Made by a program: the position numbers and the translations under genes
In this document: positions 43,122 to 56,570 of the stretch, one piece after another
Layout: every line of letters begins with the position of its first letter
Position numbering within the stretch: position 1 is the stretch's first letter
Notes under the pieces: generated by a model
Databases searched by the model: none
What the model was told of the DNA's origin: nothing
What the model saw: only the letters and a program-made list of their open reading frames with translations
From: the human T2T-CHM13v2.0 reference genome, Homo sapiens
Direction: 5' to 3' (one strand)
DNA: 64,000 bases
Assembly (NCBI RefSeq): GCF_009914755.1
Contig: NC_060944.1

Positions 43122-45324
43122 AGTTAGGTATATCTTCTGGAGGATTTGCAAGTGAAGGGTTATGTCTGGGGTTTTTTGTGTTTTAAAATACTCCAGAGAA
43201 AAGCAATGGGGAGTGAGAGTAAATGAGATGCAGCTAGAAAGGCACGATGCTGCCAACTGTCGAAGTGGGGTTCAGAGTGTACCTGGGTGTCGTTAGTCTA
43301 TTCTCTGTGTTTTAATATATGTTTGAACACTTCTTAAGAAAAGTGTTTACAAAAACGTGAACACACATAAAATCATGCTGTAGAAACATGTTTCTGACAG
43401 ATGTTCATGATAGTATGTGGGGAAAAAAAGGAACAGATCATGCAATATGTACGCGGTGACCCCGTTTGGATATAAAAGAGACACAGAGAGAAACTCAGAA
43501 GAGAGATGAGTCAAAATATTCACATTGATGGTCTCCTGGTGGTTAGAATTGTGGGTAATAATTTTCCTCTTCCAGTCTGTAGTTTTCAAAGCTCTCCATG
43601 TGAACATTTACCTCCTATTCAATGTAGACAAACAAATAAAATAAAAACTAACAAAGAATAAAGGGACTGTTACAAAGAAACACACTGTTGGTTGGGAAAG
43701 AAACAGAAAGATCCTTCAAAGCAAACACAAGATCTTACAAAGTACAACAATAAGAGACCACTGAGTGTAGTGACCAAGATATCACACAGCCCTTAAGGAA
43801 ATGCTGCATTAAAGAATGCAAGTTCATTGACAGTGTATTGGAGGCGGTGGGGGGCTTTCGTCTTTCCTGATTCTGACCTTGAGGCATCTGAATTCCACTT
43901 GATCTCCCCTGTTTCAGAAGGCAGAGTCACATGGAATAAATTTTAGAATGCCTTCTCTCTAAACAGAGAATGGTGTTTTTCCTGCCAGGCAAATGTTTAA
44001 ACTAAAATTTTTAAAATAATCACTTGGTGCTTAAATCCACAGCAAAGTGGAAATAGTCAGCTATTAAGCTAGTCTCATGCCTCAAAGGTTCTGGGCAACT
44101 GGAGTTTTGCTCTTCTGCTTTTCAAAGCCAAATATAAATTATCTGCTATTTAATCACCTGTTGCTATGGCTCACCTGAGCAGCTGCAGCCCGGCTTTAGC
44201 ACAAGTAATTAATGGCGAGCCAGAATACCCAGTTTTATGAATCATTCTGTAGCATCTGGCCTAAATGTCAGTTTCCTTTCCATCTTAAACTTTCCCATAG
44301 TCTGCTGTAAATTCATCTCCGCCTTCACTAGAACATGGAACCCATAAAGAAATTTGCATGTTGCCTCCTTCAATGCTGTAGCTTTACTGCCTAGAAGAAA
44401 GCCCAGCACATAGTAGGTGCTCAATAAATGCTTGCTAAATAAATGACTGAATCATGTTTTCCGCCCCTTTCTTGATTTCTGGCCTTCCAAGAAAAGAACA
44501 AATGTTCTAATAAATACGAAAATTTATTATTTCTAAGGCTACCAAATGGCCTGAATTATCAGCTTCCTTAGACTCCAGTAACATGCTGCTTACCTGTATT
44601 TTTGGTGAGTGAATGAAGGTATTAACACAGACCTATCTACCCCCATACTACACACATGCACAGTACATGTGCAACACACACACACACAGAGCACTCTGCA
44701 ACACCCTCAGACACCTCCACACCCTTGGACCTAATGATACGTGTATTTTCTGTTTACTCCCTGTGCCTCAGCTAGTAAGCGCTTGATCTCATTGTCTTCC
44801 TAATAAAATGAATTAATTTTCAGAGTTAAAATTCATGAGGCAGCATATGTAAAGTCTGTGTCTATAACTGCTTCTGAATTCCCTCCAGCTGCGGACATTT
44901 TTATTCTGCCCACAAAGGCTCCCGAGTTTATTTGAAGACGTTTCTTTGTGGCCTTCCCCAGGGTCCCCAGCAGCCCACAGTGGGTTTTGCTGCTACTTCC
45001 AGACATTTCCTGTCAATTCACTCCAGTGTTTGGCAGGAGAACTAATGCCAGATTCTAGAATCCAGGCTAACTTTAAGCTAACAATCTCCTTCCATTCCCG
45101 TCTCCTGGTCTTCTACCTGTAACTACTCAGGTCCCCCAGAATGTCACTCCAAATCCTTCCTAACCAACCCTTAGACATCTAGTCCAACCTCCTCCTGAGG
45201 AGAAGGGAAAACTGGGGCCCAGAAGGGTGAGGCAGCATGTTATGGGTACATGGTAAGTGAGAAGCAATGCAGGGACAATGACAGAGGTCTCCTGACCCCC
45301 AAGATGTCAGTGTTCTTTCTCCAG

Positions 45325-45550
45325 AGCAAGAATCAGCAATTTACAGCCTGTGGGCCAGATCTGGCCCTCTGCCTTTTTTTGTAAATAAAGTTTTATTTGA
45401 ACACAGCCATGCCTACTAATTTCCATACTGCCTGTGGCTATTTGGGGCTATAACAACAGGACTGAGTAGTTGTGACACAGGCCATACGAACTGCAAGCCT
45501 TAAATATTTGCTATCTTACTAGTTGCAGAAAAAGTTAGCTACTCCTTCTA
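45325..45550 (+). mobile_element. MER58A-like
   Basis: gcctgtgggccagatctggcc...gtaaataaagttttatttgaacacagccatgc. Confidence 0.85.
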
Positions 45551-46009
45551 GAAGGGTCAAAAGAACAGGAAGATGGATGGGAAAGGGCTGACACAAACAC
45601 CCCATGGAAAACCAACTGAGCCTCTGGCTGTTCTCCTCACAGGAGGCCGGCTCCACAGGGGAATGGGAAGATCCTCTGGGGCGGCACCAACCATTTCCCT
45701 GACTCCTCTTCCCCCAACGCTATAGTGGCCTCTCTCCTTTGCAGAGACTGCAGCCCTATCTGCTGGCAGGCACCTTAGGCTGACCCTGCCAACACATGCA
45801 CACATGCACTCAGACACACACACGCGCGTACACACACACATGCACACGCAAGCTGAGTTCCAAGTGTGACATGGCTGCCATAAATCAGCCTGGAATATTA
45901 AACTCAAGCTGCCATGAAAGAGCCTCTCAACTCCACAGCACACAGAAGACCAAGAGGTATGGGACCCATCTTCAGGGAGGAAGCCTTTTGCAGTTCAATT
46001 CACTTCCCC

Positions 46010-46640
46010 GGGTTCAAGTTTTGTCTACCACCCTCGCCAGCTGGGTAACCTGGTGTTACCTAATTTCTCAGCCCGTGGCTCCTCATCAATAAACCAAAGC
46101 TGACCTCTGTTGTGAGGATTCACTGAAGTGATGCTTGCAGAGCTCCAAGCATAGGGCCCGGCACAGAGTGAGTGCTGAGTGGGCACTGGCAAGAGGCTCT
46201 CTAGGGATTGCCCGGGCTCTCTGGACAATGCAAGGCATGATTCTAGTGTCCAGAACAGCCTCTGACACACAGGGTCTGAAACAGCCTTCTTTATTCCAAA
46301 AGCTCAGAAACCCAAAGCTAAAAGCCAACCGAGTAGGCCAGAGCCAGGAGGCCCAGGCCGCCCTGTTTGGCTGGAACACCCGGGCTGCCGGCGTGGCTCG
46401 GAGCCAGCACTGCAGGCAGGCAGCCTTGACTTCCTCCTTCCCAGTCCTGATAGACATGAGCCATGCGACCCTGGGCAGGCCACCCTGTCTCCATGAGCCT
46501 CAGTTTCCTCATCTGTCACATGATAACAGCATTTACCCCACAGGGTTACTGTGAGGACTGAGTGAAACAAAATACCCGAGGACCTTTGTACCGGGCACAG
46601 GTGGGCCCCTCCATAAGTGAGTCACTGCCACTGTCATGTA
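46010..46640 (+). mobile_element. two MIR copies (about 46010-46200 and 46440-46640)
   Basis: gttgtgaggattcactga; gagcctcagtttcctcatctgt. Confidence 0.75.
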
Positions 46641-47959
46641 ACACGGTAATAGTTCAGCCTGGGAATGTCTTCCACAGTCTGACCACAGAACCCCCTCACC
46701 TGTGACGGGGTCACTCGCATCTCCGCCCACTCTACCCGGGGACTCAGTCTAAGTGGAGCCTCCCTCTTACCCTTCCCAGCCTAGCCTCACGCCCCACCAG
46801 TCCCCTGCCACAGCCACACATACCTGGAAGGCCACACCTTGCCACTGACCCTGTTCCCACATCAAATGATTTTGTCAACATGAAACCAAACCACAACCAG
46901 GTGGATGCAGAGCCTCTGTCACACTCAGTCCTTGCTCCTCAGTTTCCTTCCTGTGTGACCATGGGAGAGTCATTCACCCTCTCTGGGCACAAACTCAATC
47001 ATTTGTAAAGAACAGGCTTCAGATCAGATATTCAAGTTCCTTCCACCTTGAGAAACACTGCAGAGATTCTACTATGAAGCCCTAATGAAGACGCCCCATG
47101 TAACTGGCTAACTCCAATGTCAATTTCCACCCAAATGCATCCACTTAATCTAATAGAGACCGCATGGTACAGGCAAGAAGTGTTGCTTTGCTAACAAGAC
47201 CACTAAAGGCCTCAGCTGGAGACTGTGACTTTATCAATCGTCCTGGCCTCCTCCCTGTCTTGTGCTCAGTCTCTTTTGCACGTGTCTTCTCCCCACTCGA
47301 TTGTTGTTAAATCTTGATTTTTTTCTGTTTTCGCTTACATGGAACCATGGGGCTTTTCCAGCTCTCCTCCATACTCCCTGTGCCTTCACTCTCTGTGGCT
47401 TCTTGGTCAGTTTGATTTTTCCTGAATTAGAATTAAAGGCCTTGGAGAAGCTCCGAGCAGTGCAAGTCCTGGGAGACCACGTTCCAGGACACCAGACCTT
47501 GTTTAGTATTGCCCATCGCAGTGTGAACACTCTAACAACAAAGAACTTGCCACCCGCAATGGCAGTCCACCCCATGTTCACAGCATTCTGAGGCTGGAAA
47601 ATTCTAATTTTCTAATGGCCCGTCCCTCGACAGCAACAGAAGGCAGTGTCCGAGGGTCCCCTGGAGCCAAGCCAGACACTGGGCTATTGATTTACCTATG
47701 AGGGAGGGAGGTGTTCTTCCTCTCCCAAGTGTAAAGTATCTAAGGTGGCCCAAGCTGGAAAACGGTCACCCCAGGCCTAGAACGCACATTAGAGCCCCAA
47801 GTTGGTGTTCCCAATGGCTCTGCCACGTGGGGCCCTTTCTCCTCCTTCTCCAGGGATTTAGAAGTGGAGCAGCATCGGCGTCTGGGCCTCATTGCAGAAT
47901 GAGGGGACAAAAGGCTTCTTGTACGATAAGGAGACAAAAGCCTCCAAGGGACTTACCAC

Positions 47960-48480
47960 AAAACAGAAGCAATATTTTAAATGCTTTTTAGAACATTTGC
48001 ATGAAGATAATCCAGAAGTACAGTGAAAAAGAAATACAAAAGATTTGCAATGAAATCTCCTTCCTGTTTCTGACCACAGGCCACCCAGGCCCCTTCCCCA
48101 GCGTTTATTACAATCAGTTTCTTGCATTTCCTCTCAGTGATAATTTATGCAAAAAACTACATGTATTTAAATATGTGTGTGTGCATATCCTTTTGTTTTA
48201 CAACTGATAAACCAGAAGACAAAATTCTGTACCTCGCTTTTTTCAATTCATCGATCTTGGATATTGTTCCATTAATGCTTAGAGAACTGGTGCTTTCTCT
48301 TTAATGGTATTTCACAGCATGGACATTTGCCTCATGTCTAGCCTTTTGCAAGTATGAGTAAAGCTGCAATAAACATCCCAGTACATACATTTCCTGCACA
48401 TGAACACACACACACACAAAATCAGATAAAATTCCTAGAAATAGAACTACTTTTAGATGGACAAGAGTTAGCAAACCTCT
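47960..48480 (-). mobile_element. old L1 (L1ME-like) fragment
   Basis: gctgcaataaacatcc, gataaaattcctagaaatagaact. Confidence 0.55.
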
Positions 48481-48483
48481 GGG

Positions 48484-48485
<2 letters not shown>

Positions 48486-48523
<38 letters not shown>

Positions 48524-48565
48524 ATACATGCACGTGTGTGTAAGTACATGCATGTGTGTGCATGT
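48486..48565. repeat. (GT)18 plus extended alternating purine-pyrimidine tract
   Basis: direct reading. Confidence 0.97.
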
Positions 48566-49205
48566 AGTGTAAAGTGGTTTTGGGTTTTTTTAATTAATAC
48601 AATGGGCTGAGATCTTCTAGTTGTAGAGTATTAGAGCTAAATTGGAGCTCATCCTATTTCACTTCATCTGCTTTTCTTTGAGTCTGTTGTTCCTCAATTT
48701 CATCCACACTTTTGGTTATTAATGCCCCCATTCAGTGTTTCAGATTCACCAGGGCTTCTTAAGCCAGTTTACTTTTTTGAGACTTAATGCCCTTACAGAG
48801 CCACTGTGTGTGAAATTATCTTTTACAATGCTGAATCCAAGCAGTTTATAGTTTTCAGTCAATTACTCCCAACCACCAGAGCTGTGCTCAGGATAACATT
48901 TCTGGCTAAATTTCTTACTTCTTGGATCATGAATTCTCAGACACTACTAATCCTGGTGTCTGGTGAGTCAACATATTCGGACTCACACTCAGGCCAAAGA
49001 CTCTCTCCAAACTTAGAAATCCACATTCAATAAGCCACATGTGCACTGGAAAATTGTAGCACAAATGCCAGGCTGATAATCTCGATAATATTTCACAGTC
49101 CCTGATAAAGAGCTAACTTTTAAGAAATCCTGAAGCAAAATCATTTATAATTTTTTAAATTTCCGTGGCTAACAAAAAACAAATCACTGGTCATTAATTC
49201 AACCA

Positions 49206-49735
49206 TGTCAGTTAGCTCTGGCTGTATAACAAGCTACCCCCAACATTCAGTGGCTTCAAATCGCCACCACTTATTTACCTTATGATTCTGTGGGTCAATG
49301 CTCTGAGCTAGGCTCAGTCGGGCAGCTCTTCTGCTGGTCGTGGCGAGGCTCAGTTATGCATCTGTGATCAGCAGCTGCTCAGCAAGGTGGCTCTGCTTCT
49401 AGGGATGGCTGGTTATCAGCTGGGGTGACTGGGGCAACCGGGCCATGTATGTCAACATCCAGCAGGCTGATCTGGGCTTCTTCACATGGAGGTGTCAGCA
49501 GGGACCCCAGGAATAGCAAGTAAACAAGCCCCAGACACAAGTCCCTTTCAAACCTCAGGCAGTGTCACATTTGCTACTCTCCCATTGGCCAAAACGAGCC
49601 ACGTGTCCAAGCCCAGATTCAAAGGGTAGAGAAATAGACTCTACCTCTTCATGGGAAAATGTACAGTGTTGCATTGCAAGGGTATGGACAGATGGTAAGG
49701 GGAAGAATTAATGGCCATTTTTACATTTATCACAT
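49206..49735 (-). mobile_element. MaLR LTR (MLT1G/H-like)
   Basis: tgtcagttagctctggctgtataacaagctacccc...cccattggccaaaacgagccac. Confidence 0.85.
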
Positions 49736-50899
49736 CAACAGTGTATAAATTCATCAAACCTAAATAGTATTTGTATAAGACTTCGCAATAAATAGAACAG
49801 CTCTCAATTACTCTCTTTATTCCCAGAACAGTTTCTTGAAACAGGATCCACATAAAAGCAACACCTGGAGAGACTTCTACTGCCCATGGTTGAGTATCCA
49901 CAGAACCATTCCAAGCCATCCTACAAGTTAGCATTCAGGCACCCTTGATCAGATGTGGTGAGCCTCCGAGCAGCTTTCCTTAAGACCACAGACACACAGA
50001 AGAAAAAGCATGCGACGTGGAGTACAGAAGACTCAAGTCTAACCTCAACTCTCAAAGCAAATTACTTCAGCTCTTCTACATGCCATCTGCTCCCTCATTT
50101 GCCAGCAGGAACAGCAGGAACAATCTAAGAATTGCTAAGAGGACTCAAAGGAATCATCCTATATGCCCATGCCCTAGGCACCTGGAAGTGCCTGGAACAG
50201 CACAGCAAAGACCTTGAAACAGTGAATCATGCCCAATGTTCTAAACGGACTTGAATGCTCAAATAAAAATGACAGATGTGAGCAGGAGGCTCCAAGGAAA
50301 GACAAGGTTGTGAGCCAGCACACAGAAGTGGGAGACAGAACCAGCCTGGCCACAGGGCACACGACTGTCCCCCGGGCAGAATTTGAAAGTTGAAGATGGC
50401 AGAACTGCATGTTCTCTGTACCCTCTGTGGAAGCAGCCAGGTCTTGGATCTGCACAAAACATTCTCTCCCCTCAAAGAAGAGTGAGTCCCAGGCATGTCT
50501 TTCCTGGGGAAACAGCCCTGCCTGACCTAAGAAAGGCATGTGAATCTATAGGGCCCTATTAAGGGCCTGAAGAATCGTGCTGCTTGCTGTCTACAGAAGG
50601 AAAAAACCATCCCCCATCACATATATTTCAAGGTAAATAACGAGCTATAGCTACAATTTGTTGAACAGCCATATGGCAGAACCTGTTCCAGTCAACCCAC
50701 CTACATTAAATAATTAGCATTCATGCTGCAATTATCTACCCAAAGACAACTGTGTGCCTATGGTGTACCAGATTCCACCCAAGGGGCAGGAGAAGCCGTG
50801 TTGACATGGCCATACCAGGCATGGTAACTGCCCAGTGGAGTCTTACAGTCTGGTCACAATCATTAATGCTACAGATGCTGCCTCTACCAACAGAAAGAG

Positions 50900-51100
50900 A
50901 GCACTTAACTTTTATGAATGAGCATGAGCACTGCATGCTGGACTTTGCACACATTATTTCAGTGACTCTCCACAATTACCCTTGAAGTAAGCATCATCAT
51001 CTCCACCTTACAAATAAGTGAACTGAGGCCCAGAGAACTTGTCTAACAGCAACAGGCAGCATGGGGCTGAGCTGGATTCAAACCGGGGGCACCTTCCAAG
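50900..51100 (-). mobile_element. MIR
   Basis: aactgaggcccagaga...gctgggattcaaacc. Confidence 0.75.
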
Positions 51101-52129
51101 AGACCCTGCCCTGCCACAGCTCCTCTTCTCCCCATAAGGAACGGTGTTGATGAGCAGGACAATGTTCAGGGGTGGTGATCAGAAGCCTCCCTCCTCTTCA
51201 CCCTGGGTTACTCCCAACAATCCCCCTACCTGATCTTCCTGAAACTCTTAGACAAAGGTAAGTGGTGCCCATTTCTGCTATCCCTCTCCCTCCTCCCTTC
51301 AACTTTCCAGAGTCTTCAGCAAATTGATCTAATAAAAATTCAACAGCTCACTGGCTCTAAATCTCAGGTCTGGTTTTTTAACTGCCTAAAGGGCTCACAG
51401 GGTTGCTAACTCGGCCCTTGAATAAAATCTAAAACTTACACACTTGTGCATTCATTCATTCAACAAAAACTTACCAAGTGCCCACCAAATGCCAAGCCCA
51501 GCATGACAGCACCTAGGTAATACTGAAGAGGTTTACACAGGTAAGGCTGGGCACCACACATTTACAGAGGCCACATTTTTTAGGTCTGAGGGACTTTTCT
51601 CTAGCAGTATCTAGCCACCTGATAAAAGGGAAGAAAAGAGAAAGAGCTGTGTTTGTCCAGGTGTTAAGGTTGAGATAGAGATCTAAGGAAAGGGTACTGG
51701 GATTCCAAAAAAGAGAATGGTGGATATGATATCTATGGAATCCAAGCTGATCTGGGAAGCAAGTAGACACAGAAAGAGGCAGACAGACAGCAGAATCAAC
51801 CAAGGGACCTTGCTTGATGTGGGCACTTCCATCAAAAATGGCCATTCAACTGGAGCAAACAAGACCAGACCAGGATGGTGTCTAGAGTTCACATAAGCAG
51901 CAATCCCACCTAACGCATGAGTGCCTTCTATAGGGTCACAAGGTGCTGCTACATCTGGTAACAGGAAACTCTCCACCTTCCAAGGAACCCATTGCCAAGT
52001 GAGCATCTGCCTGCTGGGACTTTTGGGTTCTGGTTCTTCCATCCACAGCTACATAGAGCAAGGGTCCAGGATGGGGCACCATACTTCCAGTGCAACCAGG
52101 CTGCCCTCGGCCCTTCTCAATGCACAGAT

Positions 52130-53260
52130 ATCCATCCACTTCCACGATTCAGTGATCAACTTTGTGCCAATGGCTCCAAGGTCTAAAATTTCAGCCTCTA
52201 TCCAAGCTTCAGACTCAAATACTCAACTGCTCACCAGACACCCTGACCACAACATCCCTGAGCACTCACACTCTGAATGCATGCAAACCTGAGCTCGTGG
52301 CCTTGTCCCCATATACCCAAACACTGCATTGGAGGATGGATCCTACCCAATTCCCAACTGGGCACCATCCTTGATCTCTCTTCCCAAAACACACAAATAA
52401 TCACCTTCCTATTCATTCTTCCTCCTAACAGGTTCTCAGATACAGCCACCTAATCCCTTCTATCCCCACTGCAATGACTCCCAACAAGGTCACCAACATC
52501 TCTCTCCTGGCATTATTATCTTTCTCAGGGAAGTTTTCCTAACTAGTCTTACTTCTACCACCTTACCCACTCTATCCATTTTCCTGGCATGGAATCAAAA
52601 GTGATGTATGAGTCAATTTTTATGAAATGTCCAGAATAGGCAAATCCATAGCGACAGAAAGGAGGTTAATGGTTGCCTGGGGCTGGAGGTAGGGTGATAC
52701 AGGGAATGATGCTAATGGGTACCTGGTTTCTTTTGGGGGTGGTGAAAACGTTCTAAAATGGATTGTGATGATGATTGCACAACTCTGAATATACTAAAAA
52801 CCGTTGAATTAAAAAAAAAAGTGATGTTTTCAAAAAGAAAAGTTGGTCACAACACATCACTGCTTAAAATTTATAAGCAGCTTCCACTGCTCTGGGAATG
52901 CAGTCATCAGTTACCCCCAGGATCTGCAGGATCTGACCATTCACCCCACTGGCCTCACCTCTGATGCTACAGCATACCTGTCAACTCTGTGCTCCAGCCA
53001 CATTGGGCATTTTGTTCCCACAACATGCCATGCTGGCTCACCTCTGAGCCACAGCAAAGGCTGTTCCCTCTGCCTCACCCCTACCCTCTGCTTCTAATGA
53101 AACACTAGACTTCTCCTCTCATGGTATCTCCTGCTGTTTTGTAATTTTCTGCCCATTTATCTGTCTCCTTCCAAAATGTCTGATCAACAAGGAAACATGT
53201 CTATGTTGTTCACCAATGTCTCCCTAGTCCTGACACATAGGAAGCCCTCAATAATCTACT
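52130..53260 (+). mobile_element. L2 fragment interrupted by L1
   Basis: cagactcaaatactcaactgc, gctccagccacattgg, cctagtcctgacacataggaagccctcaataa. Confidence 0.8.
52608..52820 (+). mobile_element. short L1MB-like 3' fragment with TSD
   Basis: atgaaatgtccagaataggcaaatccatag; A10 tail; TSD aaaagtgatgt (52597-52607 and 52817-52827). Confidence 0.85.
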
Positions 53261-53399
53261 TTATTTATGTATTTATTTACTTATTTCTTTATTTATTGAC
53301 TAGAATAAAGTAGATTATTGAAGGTTTCCTATATGTGTAATCCTTTCATCTACTCCAAGCTTGTTGAAAGAAAGCAAGAATTTCCAACTATCAATCACC

Positions 53400-54300
53400 T
53401 TCACTGATCTGTTTCCTATATCTCTATTAATGCAGCCCCAAATGGCATAGGCTTCTTAAGTTGCCACAATTCACTTCAGATGCACACATAATTTCCCCTT
53501 GACTGAAGAACTCAAGGATTTTTCTATTACATACTGTTAAACCATCTCATACCCAAGCAATTCTCCAATTTAAATACTTGCTGCAGGAGTTTCTTATCAA
53601 GACAGAAAGAAGGAAAGCCCATTTTCAGGATGAAAAAGAGAATGTGAACACTTTCAGCTTCCATTTTTATCTGGTTCAGCCCTGGCTCACAGATTAATTT
53701 CTGGCACCAGGATCTGGGACCAGATAACAGAGAATCACACAGAAGAGCCTTCTCCAGCTCTCCAAAGCCAGCAAGAATCACTCTTTTCACAATCGTCCAT
53801 TTTACAATGTGTCTAATTATAACTGAATAAATTACTTCTGCCATTCTGCAGAAATACTTAAAATAAATAGCTCTCTTTCCTTGAATTAAAATCATAGTCT
53901 TTTGTTCACTGTTTTCTGTTCCATAAAGCAACAGAGTCTGTTGATTAAAGATCATTTATAGGACTTCGTTTTCAATCTTTTTTATGATATCACTTTAAAA
54001 TACCCCCAAATATTCAGCTGCAAGGAGGGATAAGAACTACTGGAAATTGGCTCTTTGAGAGTTTTTGATGAGAAATGAAGTCGTGGATGTAACTCTCAGC
54101 GAATGAGCATATATTAGAAAAGTCGATTTTAATAACTACTTGGTTCTTCTTCTTGGACTTTTTTTCTCTACCCAACTTCCTACATTTTTCTTGAGATTAC
54201 AACATAATCCCCACTGACACACTAAATATTACCTCTCTGTATTGAATGGATGATGCTGAGACAATAAATCACTTTGAGCTAACACAATATGCCAACCAGT
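53400..54300 (-). mobile_element. ancient CR1/L3 LINE remnant (RT region)
   Basis: ctattaatgcagccccaaatggcataggctt...gccaca resembles antisense L3; the rest is only weakly similar. Confidence 0.4.
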
Positions 54301-55049
54301 CCCAGCTAAGCCAAATATTTGACGAAAGACATACAAACTGAAATTTAGCAAGGCAGGAATGCTTTGGGGATTATGTCCTGAATATCAACCATCTCTAGAC
54401 CCTATGTAGTGAAAAAAATAGATGTTCAAGGAGGCCATATGTGAATGCATAAGATGATTCTGTGTTCAGAATAACCACAGTTAGCCAATTCCAGGAGATA
54501 TCTTGGGATGAGATTGTGATTAGGCCACTCTCCAAACACTAGTGGATGTCACGACAAAATAAAGACTCTTCACTTCTGAACCAAAAAAAAAAAAAATCAC
54601 CCCAAAACACATAAACTATTGTTCTTCTGCAGTGGTGTAGAAACAAACATGATGTTGATGAAAAAGACTGTCTGGGGGGACTGAGCATGCCACTAGGGAA
54701 GCTGACACCTCGGGTCCTCTCACTTGCATGGGCCCCTTTCAAAGCCCGGTGCTAATTTGGTATCTGAAATGCTGTCTTCTTTTTCTTAAAGTGGGCCCCT
54801 GAATTGTGCACACTTCCACAAAACCTTCCAGAGCTGCCCCTGTGGACCCTACTTTAGAAGGATTGAAATGGGACTCCAGAGATGCCCTCAGCTGTCAATA
54901 CAATGGAACTATATTCACAGGTCATCCTAAGTCCCCTAAAAGGAAGACAGAGCATCTCTGGCCAGCAGCCAAGGCCTTCCCAGGGCAGCTCCAGTGAACT
55001 TCTCTGACTCCCATCTCACTCGCCCAACCTGCCTTCCACTGAAGCATCA

Positions 55050-55570
55050 GTGATCACTAACCAGCTTCATCCACTGTCATGTTTCACTAGAGCTGGGACC
55101 TCAGCCAAGCATGTTCTACCTCATGTCTTCTCTCCAGGTACCTCTGCTCCTCCTTCAGAACCTACTCGAGGGGCATCAGCTCTAAGAAACCTGTCTTGGT
55201 GCCCCCTTCCCCCAAGATGAAACTGTGTCCTCCTATGTGCCCTGCAGCTTGGAGCTTAGTACCTTCCCTGGGTCTGAAATGTGGCTCCCTCACTTACTGG
55301 AAACCTCCCATGCCTCAGTTTCCTCATCAGCAAAATGGAAAGCAACAGTACTCCCCTCATAAAATGGACACGAGGATAATCCTTGTTGCACAGTAGAAAC
55401 TCAATAAACGCCAACCATCATCATCATCATCCTACACATCGCTTCGTCAGAAATCCCTCAACAACTCATTCTACCTCCCCCATCAGACCAGGGACTTCTC
55501 AATAGCAGAGATGGAAGCCCCTGTGCCCAGAGCCTGGTGCTCCATAAATGTTTGCTGAGCACATGAAGGA
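55050..55570 (+). mobile_element. L2 fragment with nested MIR (about 55260-55430)
   Basis: atgcctcagtttcctcatcagcaaaatgg; ccataaatgtttgctga. Confidence 0.7.
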
Positions 55571-56199
55571 ATTAAGTAATATTTATATTATGACCAACAG
55601 AGGTAAAATTCAATAACACATCCCACAGCCTCTTGTTTGCTAACATTTCAAGTCTATATTGGAGAATTTGATGAAAAGCATAAGAAGACAGAACAGGGAG
55701 CAAAACAGCTCTGCATCATGTTTCTCTGTCTATTCCCAAGAGCATCCCTTCTTCATCATGGGCCAACAGAGCCCAGAGCTGCTAGCTGTCTACAAAACCC
55801 ATCTCCCAAGGGCAGCTTCATTCATCGACCTCTCTTTGCAGACAGACTTCCAAGGTGCCTTCGGCTGAAAAATTCTTTCATCTACTCCAAGCCAAAGCAG
55901 GATCACAGAACCTGGCACTCTCACCCAGAAATCACCACACACACCATTTGACCCATCTAGATTCTTCCTATCAGGTTAGAAAACATGAATAACTCTATAG
56001 CCATGATGAGACTTTAAATCTACCCAAGACCTCTTCAAGCAAAGCAAGGGCTCTGTCTGTGGAAGCTGCAATAGGTGTCATGGAAGTGTACACGTGCAAT
56101 CTACACAGAGCATTGACATTTCCATACCCTGGGCTGGTTGGGTGGGGGGATCTGCCTCCATGTTTAACCTCATCTTGGCCACACCCTCACACCTGCCCT

Positions 56200-56570
56200 T
56201 CACTCCCAACTCCACAAAATCAATCTGCATATCCTCATATTAAATATATGCTTCAATTGTTCACATGTCACTGTCCTAGCACATTTGTCACTCTGCCTGG
56301 AACGGTTCTCACCAACCCTCCATCGCATCCCTGGGGCAAGAAGTATCCATCTCAATAATGTCTCCCTACTCCTTTCAACCCCATCCCCAACTTTTGAGGC
56401 CTCCTGGACCCCTCTTCTTCAGACTCCCCTAGTTCTTGCCCCATGATTCTCTCAGCACTGTTGTTGTATGTCTCTCATCCACCATATGTTATCTCTGCAA
56501 CCCCAGCACCCAGCACAGCAATGGATGCACACAGCATGTGCTCTGTGAATACCTGATGAATGAATGATTC
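56200..56570 (+). mobile_element. L2 3' fragment
   Basis: ccccagcacccagcacag...tgaatgaatga. Confidence 0.6.

Noticed and set aside
53527-53955. 142-aa minus-strand ORF
   Set aside because: No recognisable domain or convincing splice sites; lies within probable decayed CR1 sequence
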